The notes beneath the pieces were generated by a model. It saw only the letters and a program-made list of their open reading frames with translations, was not told the DNA's origin and did no database searches. A DNA stretch of 64,000 nucleotides, from the IMG/VR virus record IMGVR_UViG_3300045995_000471; one strand, given 5' to 3'. Positions 29,801 to 44,800 of this stretch are shown here, one piece after another. How positions within the stretch are numbered: position 1 is the first letter of the stretch; every line of letters begins with the position of its first letter. The translations under genes and the position numbers were made by a program. The DNA comes from an uncultured virus (IMG/VR IMGVR_UViG_3300045995_000471) (lineage: Duplodnaviria; Heunggongvirae; Uroviricota; Caudoviricetes).

Positions 29801-32800
29801 TTTATACATATAATTAAATGGTGCTTCTATAGCCCCGAAAGCAGTCTCAACAACCTTTAAACCTGCCTTTCCAACATCTGCAACAGATACTCCACCAACT
29901 AAAGGTGTATTTAGTCCTTCTCCTATCTTAGATAGCCCACCGCCCGTAGGACTTAACTGCCCCCAAAGTTTCTTAGCTTCTACATTTTCGGTTATCATGG
30001 GACCAGCCATAGCCTCTGCTGTTCCAGCAATAGCTGGGCCATGAAACATCCAAGGAGCAAATTCTGCAGTCAACGCACCAACACCCCTGAGAGCCCTCAT
30101 GCCCAAACCTCTTTTAGGAATACCAGTTACACCCGCAGCCTCTGGAACTATACCCGCATCAGACGGTCTAAATTTGTAATCATCTGTCAGAACTATTGGT
30201 CCTCCTGGCGGTCCACCAGGTGGTGTTTCTCCAGGGATAGTAATTTTAGCACCTGGTCTAGGCTGTGGTCCTGGTGTAATAATTTCTCCACCTGGCTTTA
30301 GTCCGTAATCTTCTGGTTTTATAATTCGCTCTAAGTCAATCTCTTGATTAAGGGCTTCGTAAGTCCTACTACCAACTGCTTCTCTTGCTCTTATTCCACC
30401 TTGAGAAGGAGATTCAACTGCTTCTACAACTGCTTGGGCATTACCTCGTCCTTCATATTTGGCACGGTTTGCATCTATTAATTCTTCGGTAGAAGGAAGT
30501 GTAGCAGGCTCAACACCCCGACCTTCGTATCTCGCTCGATTTGCATTCACTAGTTCTTCGGTAGAAGGAAGTGCCTCGGCCGAAAGATCAATAGGTAATC
30601 TTTCAGATGCTCCTACATTCATATCTTTTGGACGGACTGGTACATTCTTAGAACGCTCTAATAGTTCTTCAAATTGTGGTCTAATTTTTTCTGCATCTAG
30701 TTGAAGTCGTTCTTGGATTCTTTGTAAAGCCCCACCCTTTTCTCCCGCTGGTACATAATTTTGGGTATCTTTTAAGAATTGCTCTATATGGACCTCAGCA
30801 GGTGACAATTTCTTATACTCTGGTATTCGCTCCTGGGTTGCTAGTCTTGTAGGCTCATATCTTTCCTTTAACAGTCCTCTTACTGCATCCTCCATCTCTG
30901 GGTCCATCTCTGTAAACAATTTATCCAGTTTAGGATGTCCCAATTCATGTATCACTTCTGAAAAAGGATCGGGGGCTTCAGGATTTATACCTATGCTGCC
31001 TATCTGTGGGATATGAAATCCTCTAGTATTAGCCGCACTATGTCCAGTCATCTTGCTTATCTCTTCAGGTGGGAATATTCCGATTCGTCTTCTTCCTCCC
31101 ATATTTGAAACAGGCACTTCAATTGTAGGCCTTTCAGAAAACATACCCCTTATCTGTTGTCTAGTCAGTGAGGGATTCGTAAATATACCCGGCGCAGTAA
31201 TTTCTTTTCGTGCCTCGGGCCACATAATATCCTTGACCATTGTGGCTGTTTTTTCGGATAAAGGTTCACTAGCAGTTCTCGCTGCTTCTTCTGGAGTAAA
31301 ACCGAAAGTGTTCTCAAGTCCCTTTAGACCAGTCTTTTTTAATTCACCTGTCTGGTCCAGTATGTGCTGAAAAGGATCTTTAGTCATAAAATCTGTTTCT
31401 GTAAACATATCTGCATATCTACTTTTAGATTCTTCAACAACATCTCTTATTCTTTTAGCAAAATTAGGAGCTTCTTTTTCCATTCTTTGGGCCACTCTCT
31501 CCATAATTGGAACGGTTTGAGGTTTAAGAGGTGTAAGAATTCTAGCCTCATCTAGTTGGGGTCCCATTTGTTCCTTAAAACCTTCTAATAATTTAAAACC
31601 AGTTGTTATTCTATCTCTTTGGGATAATTCAGGAGAAACTGAAAAACTATGAAATGCGGGTTTTTCACCAGTTCTATATGATACTTGTCCAGCTTTAGTC
31701 TCTCCTTTATAAAGCTCATGGATATCAAAAGGACCTTTTGTTATTTTACTTTCCCAAGCAGGAGCTTCAGCAGCAGATAATTCTAATTCAGGAGAACCAG
31801 TATCAGGTCCACTTATTTCTGGTTCGGGTCTAATGCTTTGAATTTTAGATCGCAACCACAGTGCTACCTGTCTTGGATCTATTTGACTGGCTGCTTGGCG
31901 TAAGACTGTGGCTGGTTCATTTCCTATATCAATACCATTATAAAGGGCTCCTGCATCTGCAAGTGTAGATCCTGCATAATTTAGAAATGGATGGTATTTG
32001 GAATATGCATTCTTAGCCCATCGAATTACATTTTTAGAAAGACTTGCTGGTTCTTCCGCTTCCTCTTCTTCCTCACCAGAATATTTATTATGCATTTCTT
32101 TCAATGAAGATAAGTAATCTTTAGGTATACCAGAACGTGTGGGTCCTTTACTAGGTGTTATTACAGCCGGATAATCTTGTGTCGCTGGAGTCTGGGGTGT
32201 AGGTACAACACCAGTATCAAAAGGCCTAAATGTTCTATCAGGAACAACTCCCGTTTGTGCTGGTTCACGTGGAGCAACTCCTGTCTGTGTAGGCCCTATT
32301 ACTCCAGCCACCCCCCCAGTTTCAGCAGGCTTACTTCCCTGACATAAGCATTCTAAAAGAGGACCCATATACTTCGCAAACAGATCTTTTAGATTCTGGA
32401 TCTGTTCTTTAACTCCAATATTAAGAGCCCTAACCATTTCTCTACCAGCCGCGGACTGTACACCAGAAGCATCAGCCTTAGCCATGAGTTCTCGCATCTC
32501 GGTACCTTGTTCCGCACCCAGACCCCCTAGCCACTGGCGTTCTTGTTTTATATCCATGGCTGGCTGATAATTTATGGCCCGCCACATTTCTCTGCCTTGG
32601 CCTGATCTTATGCCGTGTGAGGTTGCCATTTGCATGTTACGCATAGCATTATTATATTCGAATCCCTCATATGGTGTTGTACCCTCTCCCTCTCCTTCTT
32701 TAGGCTTTGCTTCTTTCTTCAATCCTGTTAACCATTCCGCTTCTTCGGCGGGGGTAAAAGGAGTCAATTTCCCGAAGATGCCTTTTCCTAATAAAGTTGG

Positions 32801-35800
32801 AGATTCCGCTGACCCGAAGGCTTCTTTAAGAGTATCAGGAGTTAGTTTGTTCTTACCAATTAGATTCCATGGATCATTTGTGGCCCCTACATTTTTCATC
32901 CACCCAGTTACTTGTGCTTTGTATACATCGGTATCCCCTCTGGCATCAGGAGTATTTGTTTCTACTCCTTGGCCCGCAGAAATTCCAGTCCACGATAAGG
33001 CATCGCGTTTAGACAGTCGGTTTAGGGCTTCTGTTTTTGCCATGTCTAATTGTTCTTCTTGTGCCGCTGCTTGTTTCCCTGATAAAATAGAACGATAACC
33101 ACCGCCTTCGGCAGCGGCTTCTAGAGCTTTCGGTTTAATGTCTCCAATCATACCTCTGACTGCAGCCACTGCTTCAGCGTCATTACCGCCTGTTTCAATT
33201 AGTTTATCAAAATAACTTGCTTGTGCCCCAGCCCCAAATTCACCACCCTTTAATAACATACCCCATTCTTTAGTGGTTAGATTAAGAGCTGATAGATCAC
33301 CAGTTAAAGCCAGCCGTAATGCCTTCAATTCCATAACTATTGGCATATATATCTTTCCAGCATCTGTGTCCGCACCTGTATCCATGGCCCTAATCATATC
33401 TTTTATAACGTCAGACATCTTTCCCATCTGATCCATATTTTCAAAGCCACGACGGGTAAGTAAACCAGTAGCACCCTCACGTCCAGTAACATCTCCCGCG
33501 TGCTTGAGATCTTCCTCTATATTTTTTCTCACATCGTCCAGTTTTTCACCTAATCCAAAATCCTTACCACGAATCTGCATCTCAACGATGGAATCTCGCA
33601 TCTGAACAGCAATGCCCTTCTGTTTTTCCATCTTTTGGTTTTCACGGTCCTGCAAATACTTAGTTTCATCTTCCTCTACTTGCCAATCTTGTTTTTGTCT
33701 TCTAAGCTTGTATTCCTGAGGACCTATGACACCGGCCTTGCGTTGCTCTTCTAGAAGCTTTCGTTCTTGTGAATATTTAGTTCCTTCTTGTCGGTAATCT
33801 GGAAGTTCATAAGGTCTGCCAGTTAGAGGATCAGTTCCATATTCGGGACGTGTATTATAGGTTGTGGGAGTATAAAAATTGCCACCTGGTATTACAATAT
33901 TTTGGTTGCCCACCTGTTCCATTCTTGGATTTTGGCGAGACCACATATTCTTACCCATCTCAGTATCATACTCACGATAATCTAAGCCCCAATTAGTTCT
34001 ATGAAGTTTTTCCAAAGCTACTTCTAGTTCAGCAAACTTCTTTGCTAGTTCACCTAACTTCTCCATCTTAGCAATGGTTTCTTCCCATGGCCTAGCAGCT
34101 GCCGCCAGTCTCTTTAAGCCATCCTCGGCTGCTCCAGTAGCCCTTGCATAAAATTCTATTATTTTCTTATCAGCGGGAGTTCTGTTTTCAGGTTCTGTCT
34201 CATATCTGATTTGTGCTTCGTTGTAAGCAGTTCTGTACTTTACAGCAGTGCCAGTTACGGCTTCTTTTGCTGCTTGGTAATTGGCAACAGTAGCGGCAGT
34301 CCCAGGAGCATACATATTAACTATGTCATGTGGGGACAAATCAGATTCAAAAATCTTGGGCGCGGTCCATTTATATTGAGGAACACCTGCCATAAGACCA
34401 GCCTGATTCTTTATTCCTTCTACCCATCCCTGCGCCATACTGGAAGCTAAGTTATGTATACCTTGTTTTAAGGTCTGAAGTCCATCACGAAAAACCTCCA
34501 TTGCTTCATTCATCTTTAGTACTGCTTTAGCTGTATCACTTAATTTATTCTGTTCCTCTTCCCACGCTCGGTCGAGATTGCTTAAAGCCTCCATTAACAC
34601 AGAATATCTTTGAGCCATCTTATCAGCTGTCTCATTATCTCCTACTGCTCTGGCATATATCTCTTGTCCTTTAGCAGATGATGCTTCACCAAGAAGTTTT
34701 TCTCTAGCACCCTTCGTAGTTTCATTATATGTTTCCAACTGTTTACCAGTTTGATAGACGTCTGGAACATACTTAGCCATAAGTTGACCAGCAGAATAAT
34801 CCTCTACACGTATAGGTGCCTTAGGAAGTTCACCTATATATCCCGCTACCGGCTGAAAAATATCTCTCCAAGGAAAACGGAAATTAAGACTAATTCTCTG
34901 AAGGCCAGAAGCCATGTCCGTGAGCATCTTCTCTATATCCGCATCAATTTTTATCTTCCACATGCGGTCTTCGGCCGCTCTTATGGCTGCTGTGTTTTCT
35001 TGTACAGCTCCAGTTAATGCGTCTCGTTCTTTTGTTAGTGCTGCAATCTGAGCCTCTTGCATTGGAATTAGATAGGGGTTCTGCTCATACTTTCGTTTAG
35101 CTTGCACAGATGCTAGATCCTCATTCACTTTATTAAGCCGAGCAATCCTAGCATCTAAAGTCATTTGTTGGGTAGCCGCTTGTTGGTATTCCCCTGGATA
35201 GTACTTAGCATACCTTTGCTGTACTGATAACTCCATGCGTGTCTGGGGTCCTAATCTTATCTCTGTTGGCATTGCAACACCTGCGGTAAGACCCGTAACA
35301 TTCTGAGCTGCTGACGCAGTAAATTTAGCTGGGATCATATTTATAGCTGTCTGGTACTCAATATTAATTCTGTTCATAAATTTCTGTACCGCTGCGGCAG
35401 CCATTTCACCAGCGTGCTGGCCAATATAATCCCCAATCTTAGTCATTTGTTCTTTTATAGCTGCTGCTGCATTTTCACCCATTTGCCTTGTCCTGGGATC
35501 CTTAGCAACCGTATCTGCTACTACAGCAAGTTCATTGAGATCTTTAATCATTTCTTCAAGAGCCTGAGGATCACCAGCCTTAGCCTTTGCCATCCTGACA
35601 GGGATCTGTTCTATATTACGTTTGGTTCCTTCAACAAGAGTCTCAGCGGTTTTAGCAGTTGCATTTGCGGCGTCTCGTGCTTTAGCCGCCTCAGTAGCTT
35701 TGGTCTCAGCCTCTTTTACAACTCCCGGAGAAATAGAAGGAACCATTCCCGGAAGAGTCTTGTCCAGAATTGCTTTCTTTTCTTTCCACTCAGCATGCTT

Positions 35801-38800
35801 CATTTCCCAATCATCTTGCAATAGGTCTCTTTGTTCTGCTAAAGGTGCAAGAGCCTTTTCTCGTCCAGGTAATTCTTTTTTCTGCTGTTCAACAAATATG
35901 TCCATCTTCGCCGCCATAGCTTGTCCCGCTATGCCTGATATATCAAATTTTGCGGCGGGTCCTTGGAATTGGCTTAATTCTTTGCTTAGACCGCTTGCGG
36001 CTTGTCCTTGTGAAGTAATAGAATTTAGTGTAGTTGCATACTCATTGGCAACACTCTTACGCGCCTCAAGTTCTTTATTTAGGATAGTATATTCCTTTGC
36101 TACTTTACTACCACCAGGAGTCTGTGCCATCCACTCACCCACTCCCCATTCTGTAGATGACTTGGGCATTAAGCCTTCTGGCATAACATATTTACCAGCA
36201 AGAACCGGAGTATTTCCTGTATACATTTGAGCCAAAGCTCCAGGCCCAGGAAGACCAGAACCAGGCATCTGGGACATGTATGCATTCCGAGCTTCTATTA
36301 CTTTCAATTCCCCTTGTATTGTAATCAAAGATAATTTAGAGATGTCTGCCCAAGCTTGGCCTAGACTTAAGACTTCTTTATATGTGTCACGAATCCCTTT
36401 TATCTTTTCTCCAATTTTATCAAAAAGTTCGTTTTGGCTATAAACAGTAACATTACCCTTATTTATTTCCGCTTGCACAGCCTCAATATTAGCAAGTGGG
36501 GAATATATTCCTTTTTCTTGTCCTATTTTTGCTAATATATCTAATGAACCTCTAGCACTAGCAATATGCTTTTCTTTTTCTTCGGCGGTCATTTTGGAAA
36601 GATCGAATTCAGTATTAAAATAGGTACCTTTAGGCGTCTTACCTGTTGTCAGTAATTTAAGATGAGACTCTATTGTCTCTTGGACCGCTGTGAGTGTACT
36701 TACTCCAACATCATTCATTTTCAAATTGGCAGGAATCTCTTTACCCCCAATAGTAAGCCCTGCACCTGGTAGGCCCATTGTTGTAAATTCCCCTTGTCTC
36801 TTTTTTCCCCAATCGGCTAGAGATTTGGCTAGGCCGCTAAGAGTTTCTCTTGCACCAGTAGTCTTTTCAAACTCGGTACGCTGCTCTGGTGTCATCAATG
36901 ACATCTTACGATTTAAAGCAATAAAGTTTTCATACTGTGCCATTTGTTCTTTAGGAATAACAGGTCCTTTACCTTCTGCTGCCGCAGCCTTATTCGCATC
37001 AGTAAATAATTTCGTCTGATGCTCAAGAGTAGCAAAAGCCATTCCGCGGTTAACTATAGCTGCTTCGCGATCTTTTTTTATTGTGTCAGCATCTCCCTGG
37101 AGGGATTTATATTGAGTAGTTCCTTCTTGATAATGTTGGTATAATTCAGGTTGCATAATTTGCATTATATTATACGGAGCCATCTCTTTGATGCCTTTGA
37201 ATCTCTCCATCTCAGTTCCACCAACGCCAGCTCCTATACCAGCCATAGGTGCAAACGCCTTCATAGTGGTAGTTAGTGAGTCTGCAGCTGCTATAGATTT
37301 TTCTAACGCGGTCGCCATTGTTATATGGCGAGTAGTTTCTAAGTGCATAGCCAGTATGTTTTCCCGTAAAGCATTATATGAATCTTGTTTACGTTTCAAT
37401 TCCTCGGGGTCTTCAATTTGTTTAGCGATTGTTCCTGCCATGGCTTGTCGTAATGTATCTATTTGCTGCCCTGGAGTTTGGTTTGGGATATCCGATAGAA
37501 CCTGAGCAAGTGAGCCCTTCTCACCTTCTATTCCTACAATGCCTTGTTTAACTCTACTTAAGATTGTATTCTTCAGATAGTCTATAGAGAGAACTGAGGG
37601 ATGATCTTTCTGTATGTCCTTTATCTTTTCTAAAGATTCAACAATGGGTGCCATCTGCGTAGTAGACATATACCTACCAAGTTCAGTAGTTTCTAGATCT
37701 TTCTTTGTTTTAATTTGGCCGGAACCAAGCAATTCTTGTAATGATTTACTTTGTCTTACCACACGTTCCTTAAAAACTTCTTGATCAGCCCTCTCATTAA
37801 ATTGAGAAGAAATACTTAGCATGCCAGTAGCACCCAAAAGAGGCATTAAACTTTTCATTGCCGCCATAGGTAGAGTCACTTCAGATGTTGATCGTAATCT
37901 TTCTAGATCTTCACTAGCTTTTCTAAAGAGCTGATTTCTCCTGGCCGCCGGAGAGAATGCGCCTAAGGCTTGTGCTGCTTCTCCTTCCTTGGGTTTTAGG
38001 TTAATATCCCTATCCCTACTATTAACCCCTGTGATCATATCAGAAATACGTCCTCCAGTTCCACCTGGCCCCATTAAAGACTCATCAAATAATCCAGCAC
38101 CAGCACCAGAAAGACCACTAAGAATCAAAGGAAGGAGACTCCCTCCGCCAGTAAAAGGTGCTAACGCTATACCTGCGGCGGCTCCTAGACCACTAAATAT
38201 TAACATCCTCGCCAAGTTAGTACTTGCCTTAGCACCAGCCCCTACTGCTGCTGTACCCTTACCAACTTCCGGATGTGCCTCTAGGGTTGATTGCATATCT
38301 TCGTAAGCAAAATAACCTTCTAATACAGGGGCTAACCACATAGAAGCTTTTCCCACTGTTCGGAGCCCTGTGGCTGCTGATTTTTGAATACCGCCAGCCC
38401 TAACCATATTAGCGAGAAGTCCTTCTCCAGCCCCTCCTTCCACACTTTTAGCCCAAGCCAGATTCGAATCCTTTAATGCTTTAGGCAGTGTAAGTCCAAG
38501 TGCTCTAGACACACCAGATCCTGTATTGATGCCTTCCCCTTCAAACTCTTTTAAGGACATTAAATGTGGGAATAACATATTCTTACCCCAAGGACCAAAC
38601 ATTTCTTTTGTACCTTCCCAACCAGCCGCAAATCCTTTTCTAGGTCCTCCACCACCCATCATTGAACCTATTAGTGCTGTAGCAGCTATGGGTAGACCTA
38701 CAGCAGCAGCCATAGGCATGCCCATGTCATGCATTTTGCCCATCGCATATTCACCACCAACTGTAGCAGCTAAAATTCCAAAGATCCCACCTCCACCAAG

Positions 38801-41800
38801 ATGAGCTCCACCAGCCCTCATAGCTGCACCAGTATAACCACCGGCACCACTACCTAATTCTCGTAATGCAATACCAACACCTTCTATACGCTGTCCAAGA
38901 TCCCCTAATGAGCGTCCAGAAGTCGCTACCTTAGTAATCAATTCCTCGAAGGTAGTAGTAGCACGTGTGACTGCTGTCCCTAGATTTTCAAGACGCCATG
39001 CATGAGCTCGCTCCACAAATTGAACATCAGTCATTCCTTGAGGAGTACGGGCTTCTTTTAGAGTTTCAGTAAAAAAGGTTTCTAATTTTGTTAGTGTACC
39101 TCCTGTCCCTAGTCCCATTTCAGACCTTAAATTTTGTGTCAATTGGCCTAAAGGTTGATGATATGTAAATGCACCTGTACGTACTGATAGCTCTAGTTCA
39201 CGTAGCATGCCCTGATAATTTTCTGCAGCCTTAGTAGTACCAAGAGGGCTTTGTGTAATAGTTGATGATAAGTTCCTAAAGATTTCTGCTGGAACGGCCT
39301 GTCCTCTCAATAGGCTTTCTCTCAATAAATTTATTTGCCCATCCAATTTTTCCATAAGAGGAGCTAGCCACTCTAAGCCAAATCCAGTACGGGTTATATC
39401 CGCTTCACCACGAAGAACTCTTTCTAGTGTAGAAGCCTCTGTCTCGGCTGCCCCAACACGTTGATGCATAACACCTTCCGATTGCCTTGGGCCACCAAAT
39501 CTTTGAAATTCCTTTTCTACTTCTGCAGGTACATTTTTTAAATCGCGCCAACTGCGTATAGTTCCTGAAGTGTCTATCTTTAGTTGGTCTAATACCGTTC
39601 TATAGCCCTCAGTAGATTTTCTCAGACGGTCAATTTCATCGTTTATTTCTTTTACTCTAATACCAGCATTACCAACTGTTCTATAACCAAGTTGCTGCCC
39701 CGTAGCTTGGTTTATCTGCTCATTATATAAACGGCGCAACTGTAAGTCATTAGTCAAACCCGGAGAAGTCTCAATAAATTCTCCCCGCTCTCTTCTTGCA
39801 GAAATACGTTTTTCTACCGCCATCATGTTGGCTACTTGCTCACGGGCACCCGCCATCTCTGCAGTACCAGGCACTTCTCCATGGCCCATAAGTCTACGAT
39901 TAGCAGATGCAATACGATTATCTACATGTTCTAGTGTGCCTTGTAATAATGCATCTACTCTATCTATAGCAACCTTAGGTAAGTTACCTACATCCCCGCC
40001 AGCCTGTTTAAAATAATGTTCTAATAAATCTTGTCTTGTAGATACATTTGCTCTAGCGCCCGCGGGCACCAAACTCTTATCAACAGTTCCTCCCATGAAA
40101 GTTAAGGCTTCAGCCTCAGTCATCTTAGGAATTCTAGCAAACTCTCTTCGTACTCCTTGTAGTCGTTCTATATGTTCCATGTCGCGACTCATTCTCCGAG
40201 TAGCTTCTATCATAGCCTCGGAACGATTATCAACCAAAGGTCCTGTACCACCAATAATTCGGCCAAGGCCGCCGCCAGTGCCTTGAGCAGATATACCACC
40301 ACCTATTGCTACACGCTGCACTCCTAGTTGTTGTTCATCTTGTAGCCTGGTTTGTCTATATTGAATTACTCTATTATAGGTTGCTTCCGCTCTACTTCCT
40401 GGAGTTATAGGGCCGTAAGACCTTTCAACTGCACGCCTTATTTGTGGTTCGGGCATACGATAAAGTTGTTCACCAACCATCATATTTGTAACAGGCATAG
40501 TTCCACGATCAATCTGATTTTGAATATCTGCTCTTTCAATCCTACGTAGTGTTGGATTATTCCTAAAGTCTGTAGGATGCTGCTCCATCCGCTCTCCAAC
40601 CATTCTACCCACTAGGGCATTCCTAACCTGGCGGCGCATCGTCCATCCAATACCCTCACCGCGGCTTCGGGATCCGATTAAATTAGTAGCTCCCTCTATC
40701 TCACCTTGTATTCTAACAATCTCTTCCATAGGAATAGTTTGGGCAAGCGGTGAAGTAGGAGTTCTTCGTGGTTGCTGCGCAATGTCCCGAGCCCTCTGTC
40801 TAATTTGTTGTTGTTCAGTCTCCGGGAATCGAAGCATCCTTGCTCTTCCGAGAGCAAAATTATTAACATACTCATTCGCAACTGACTCCATTGATAGGTC
40901 TCTTATATTACGTCTAAAGGAGTCTACACCAGTTTCTCCTGCTCCTACTCCCATAGACTTCAGGTATTCCTGGTGTTGATAGGCAGCTCTTAAATTGCCG
41001 CCCGCAACATCGCCACCAGCTAAGACACGAGGAAAATTAATCAAACGGCTGTACCACGGAGTATTCTCAAACATTCTTATTTCTGGAGCCACACCAGATT
41101 GCATCCTGACTATATCTATTGCTTGGCGACGCAAATTAGCTTGCTGTGATCCACGCATAAGTCTACCACCTAATAATCCAGCACCCATACCTAAGGCGAC
41201 AGCAGGCAAAGCTCCCATTCCTACTAGACCTAGTGCGGCTGCACCATACCCTGCAGCACCACCTAGCGCCATTCTTCTCATTGGACTAAACCAACGGGAT
41301 GCCGCAGTAGGTTCCATGCGTCCTTCTAAGTGAGACATTACCTCTCCAACCCTCTGTTGATACAACGTATCACCTGTATAGTCTCTAGCAAATATGCCTC
41401 TTACCGCCCTAGTGCCAAGGGTAGTAGCAATTGCTGGAAGTAAGAAACCCCCACCAGTTGCGAGACTAGCTATACCAACACCTGCGCCAAGAGCCCGGCC
41501 ACCAGTACCCATTCTCCAAGGAAGTCTTTGCCCAACTACTCCATACTCAGGACCTCCAGCATGTCGCCATGACTCTACTATATAGCGCAGTTGGGGCACT
41601 TGCATTAATAGATCCCCAATTCCAGTTATTCCAGTAAGTCGTCCTGCAGCACCCACCCCAAGGCCTCCCATGATACTACGTCCTAAGGGCATACCTAGTA
41701 GGCTACCGATAACACCACCCCATAAACCAGCACGCCCACTAAGAAGTCCACCACCCGCCATCGCTCCTAATCCAGCCATCACTGGCATAGATAGAGGAGC

Positions 41801-44800
41801 AAAAGGCAACATACTAGCAACTGCACCTACAGTTCCCCATTTAGCAGCACCTCGGGCAACAGGTGCCATATTTCCACTGAAACGTCCCATGGCATGAGTT
41901 ATAGTTAGGAAGGTCTGTTCAAAGGCTGAGAGTGCTTGTAGTTGGCTCGCGGGGATAGCCATAGGCAGATGGTTAAATCCATCCAGAAGAGTACGAGTCC
42001 ATCGTGAAAAACGTGAAATAGAACTAAAGTCCGTAATAAGCATACCAGACCTAGTTGTATCGAACATACGTGTAATTTCTCGCATATATCTTGTAATATT
42101 CTGTGGCATATCAGTAAAGCGACTAGCAATATTCCAGTTTTGGAGTTGGGACCCGCCTGGGGGAGGAACATACCCCACAGCACCCATAGCCGTCTGAGTC
42201 CAAGGATGATTGACAAATCTAACTATAAAACGATCCACTCTATCAAGGGGAGCTAGGATTGTACCAATTGCACGAGACATTCCGCCCGCTCTATCTAGTC
42301 TATCTAAATGCTGCATCTGTCCAGGCACATTCAACATAGGTACCCCAAGATCCATTCCACCGGACCTATAGAGGGTAGTGGCTGAAGCGTACCTAACCGC
42401 AGGAGCTACTTCTTGCATTACAGACATAGCTCTACCAACGGGGCGTGCAATACCATCACCAATCTCTCGGTGTAAATCATGCATGAAACTATCCCATACT
42501 TGCATGTTCATATAAGTGGGGGTACGTGTAGGACTAATAGTTTGGGTTAGCCAAGATCCAGCACGGCTGGCTTGTGTAAAATCAGTCCTATGTAATAGTT
42601 GAGTTGCAATAAATAGGCCTGCACCTGCCATAGCCATAATGCCTAATGGCCCTATTCCAGAGGCCGCGTCACCCGCTAGTGCAGCACCGTGCCTTATAAA
42701 CATAGTTCGTGCAGGCATAATAGGACTGAAGGCTTGACCCTGGCCAGGACCACCCCGTCCTCCAGTCTGGGAAGTGTTATGAGCAATTTGACGCAACCAG
42801 TCTGACTGGTTTAACATAACTTCACGTTCCCACTTGGTTGTATCTAGCAGAGATTTCATTAAGTCGTTTCCTGCGTTCTGGGCCTTCGTCATATCCCCAC
42901 CAAATAGTTTTTCCCCAAACATAGACCCTAAGTAAGCACCTATCATTCCTTGAGCAACTTTAAAATATCGGCTAGGTTCAGGGGGAAGTTCTTGTCTTGC
43001 CCCATGGGCTAGTTGCCCTAATCGTCTGGACTCTTCAGCCTGTTTTCGATCTTGTCTATATTCTGGGTACTTTTCTATCCCGGCTTCTTTAAACTGTGCC
43101 CGCATATAGTCCAGCATAACAGACCCTTGAACCGGTTTGTTTCCTAGTTTCAACATCTCCGAACTAGCATAACGATCGCCAAATCTTATGGCCTGTTCAT
43201 TTGCTCTGAGAGTATCAGACTGAATAAAATTAGCTTGACGTTCTACCAAGGCAGGAGAGTAACCACCAGCAGCACCTGGCAACAAACTACGTCTCCGTTC
43301 AGCAAGATCCATAGATCTTGCATCTCCTGACGGGGTAACCCACAAGCCATTTATAGAAGATATTAATCCTTTAAGTCCTGTATCAAGATTAAACTCGGTT
43401 CCCATGCCTCCCCACTTTTTCTGGAAATCTTTTACGTTGGATCCTGTTCTTTCTTCAAAGCCAGATAATGCTTCAGACATCAATTCTGGAGACATAAATC
43501 TTTGTAGTGGTTCATTTCCCCTAGCACGTAGTGCAAAGCCTTTTTGGTTTAAGACTTCTAGCATGCCCTTAGCATCAGACTCTAGCTTAGCTGCTCCTGT
43601 AGTATCTCCCGCTTGCTTGGCTTTTTCGGCCGCCTTAAGTTTGTCTTCTACCTGAGTTTGTATTTTGGTATATTCTTTAGTTAATTCTTTTGTAGACTGA
43701 GCACTAAAGTTCTTATTCATTTCCCTGGTCTCTTGGTACATCTTCTCCATATAGACCAGTTGGGCTTTAAGTATATTATCCCTTACGGCTTCGGTAGCTC
43801 TGTCTTCAGGAGAAGTCGCTAGGTCTTTCATAAGTTTGTTCATAAACTTCTCATCCAGACCAGTTAGGGCAGGGCCGATTTGCTGCTTTAGATCCTCAAA
43901 CATCATCTGAGATTTCATATTTGTCTTGCTAAGTTGTCCTTGTCCAGAAAAATAATTATCTAATTGAGCTTCTGCAAACGAGGCTTGGCGGGCTACAGGC
44001 GCATAATTGGGATTGAACGCTGCAATACGTTCTTCAGGATTCAATTCACTAAAACTTCTCATCATAGATGGCATTTTCATAGGCAGTTCTATTAGAGCGT
44101 CGAGACCTCCTCTAGCTTGTCGGCGCATGATTTGTGAAGCTTCTTCTGCTTTGTGCATCCACAAATCAAAATTCATTTTGTCAATAGAGTTCTGCAGATT
44201 CTCAAAATCTTCTCTGACTTTAAGTAAGAAATCTAGTTGGCGTTTTTGTGTTAAGAGGTGTTCCATTTCCTGTACTTTAGTTAAGCTCTTATCCCACGCC
44301 CCAGACTTAGCTAAGTTATCCATTTGAACATCTATATCATGTATAGACCTAGCCATATTAAATAATGCATTTATAGCTTTGTCATGGCCTGCTACTTCGA
44401 ATCTGAAATCTACGCCTGTGTGAAGTTTTTCCGCACCTTGAAATGTTGCTATGTTCCATCCGGCGCCCCGGCCCATTCTTCTTTTTATCTTTTCAAACTC
44501 TGTATCAAAGTCTAAGGCTAAACCGGTCTTACTAGCTGCACCTAACAAATCTTCTTTGCTCAACTGTGCTAGGGGCATTTTAGTCATCTGTTGCTCTTGA
44601 CCTTGTTGATAGCTTAACATGGCTTGCACACGGCCCTCATGTCTTTCCATGCTTATAGGTATATATTGCTGATGGGAAGGTATATTACGTTGCGCCATAA
44701 ATTCGGGAGACAGTTGCACTCCTGCGAAATCCTTTCCTAATTCTAAGGCTTCCTTAGTAATAAGAGTCTGCCCAGTTTCCTCAATGAGCTTTTTTACTTC

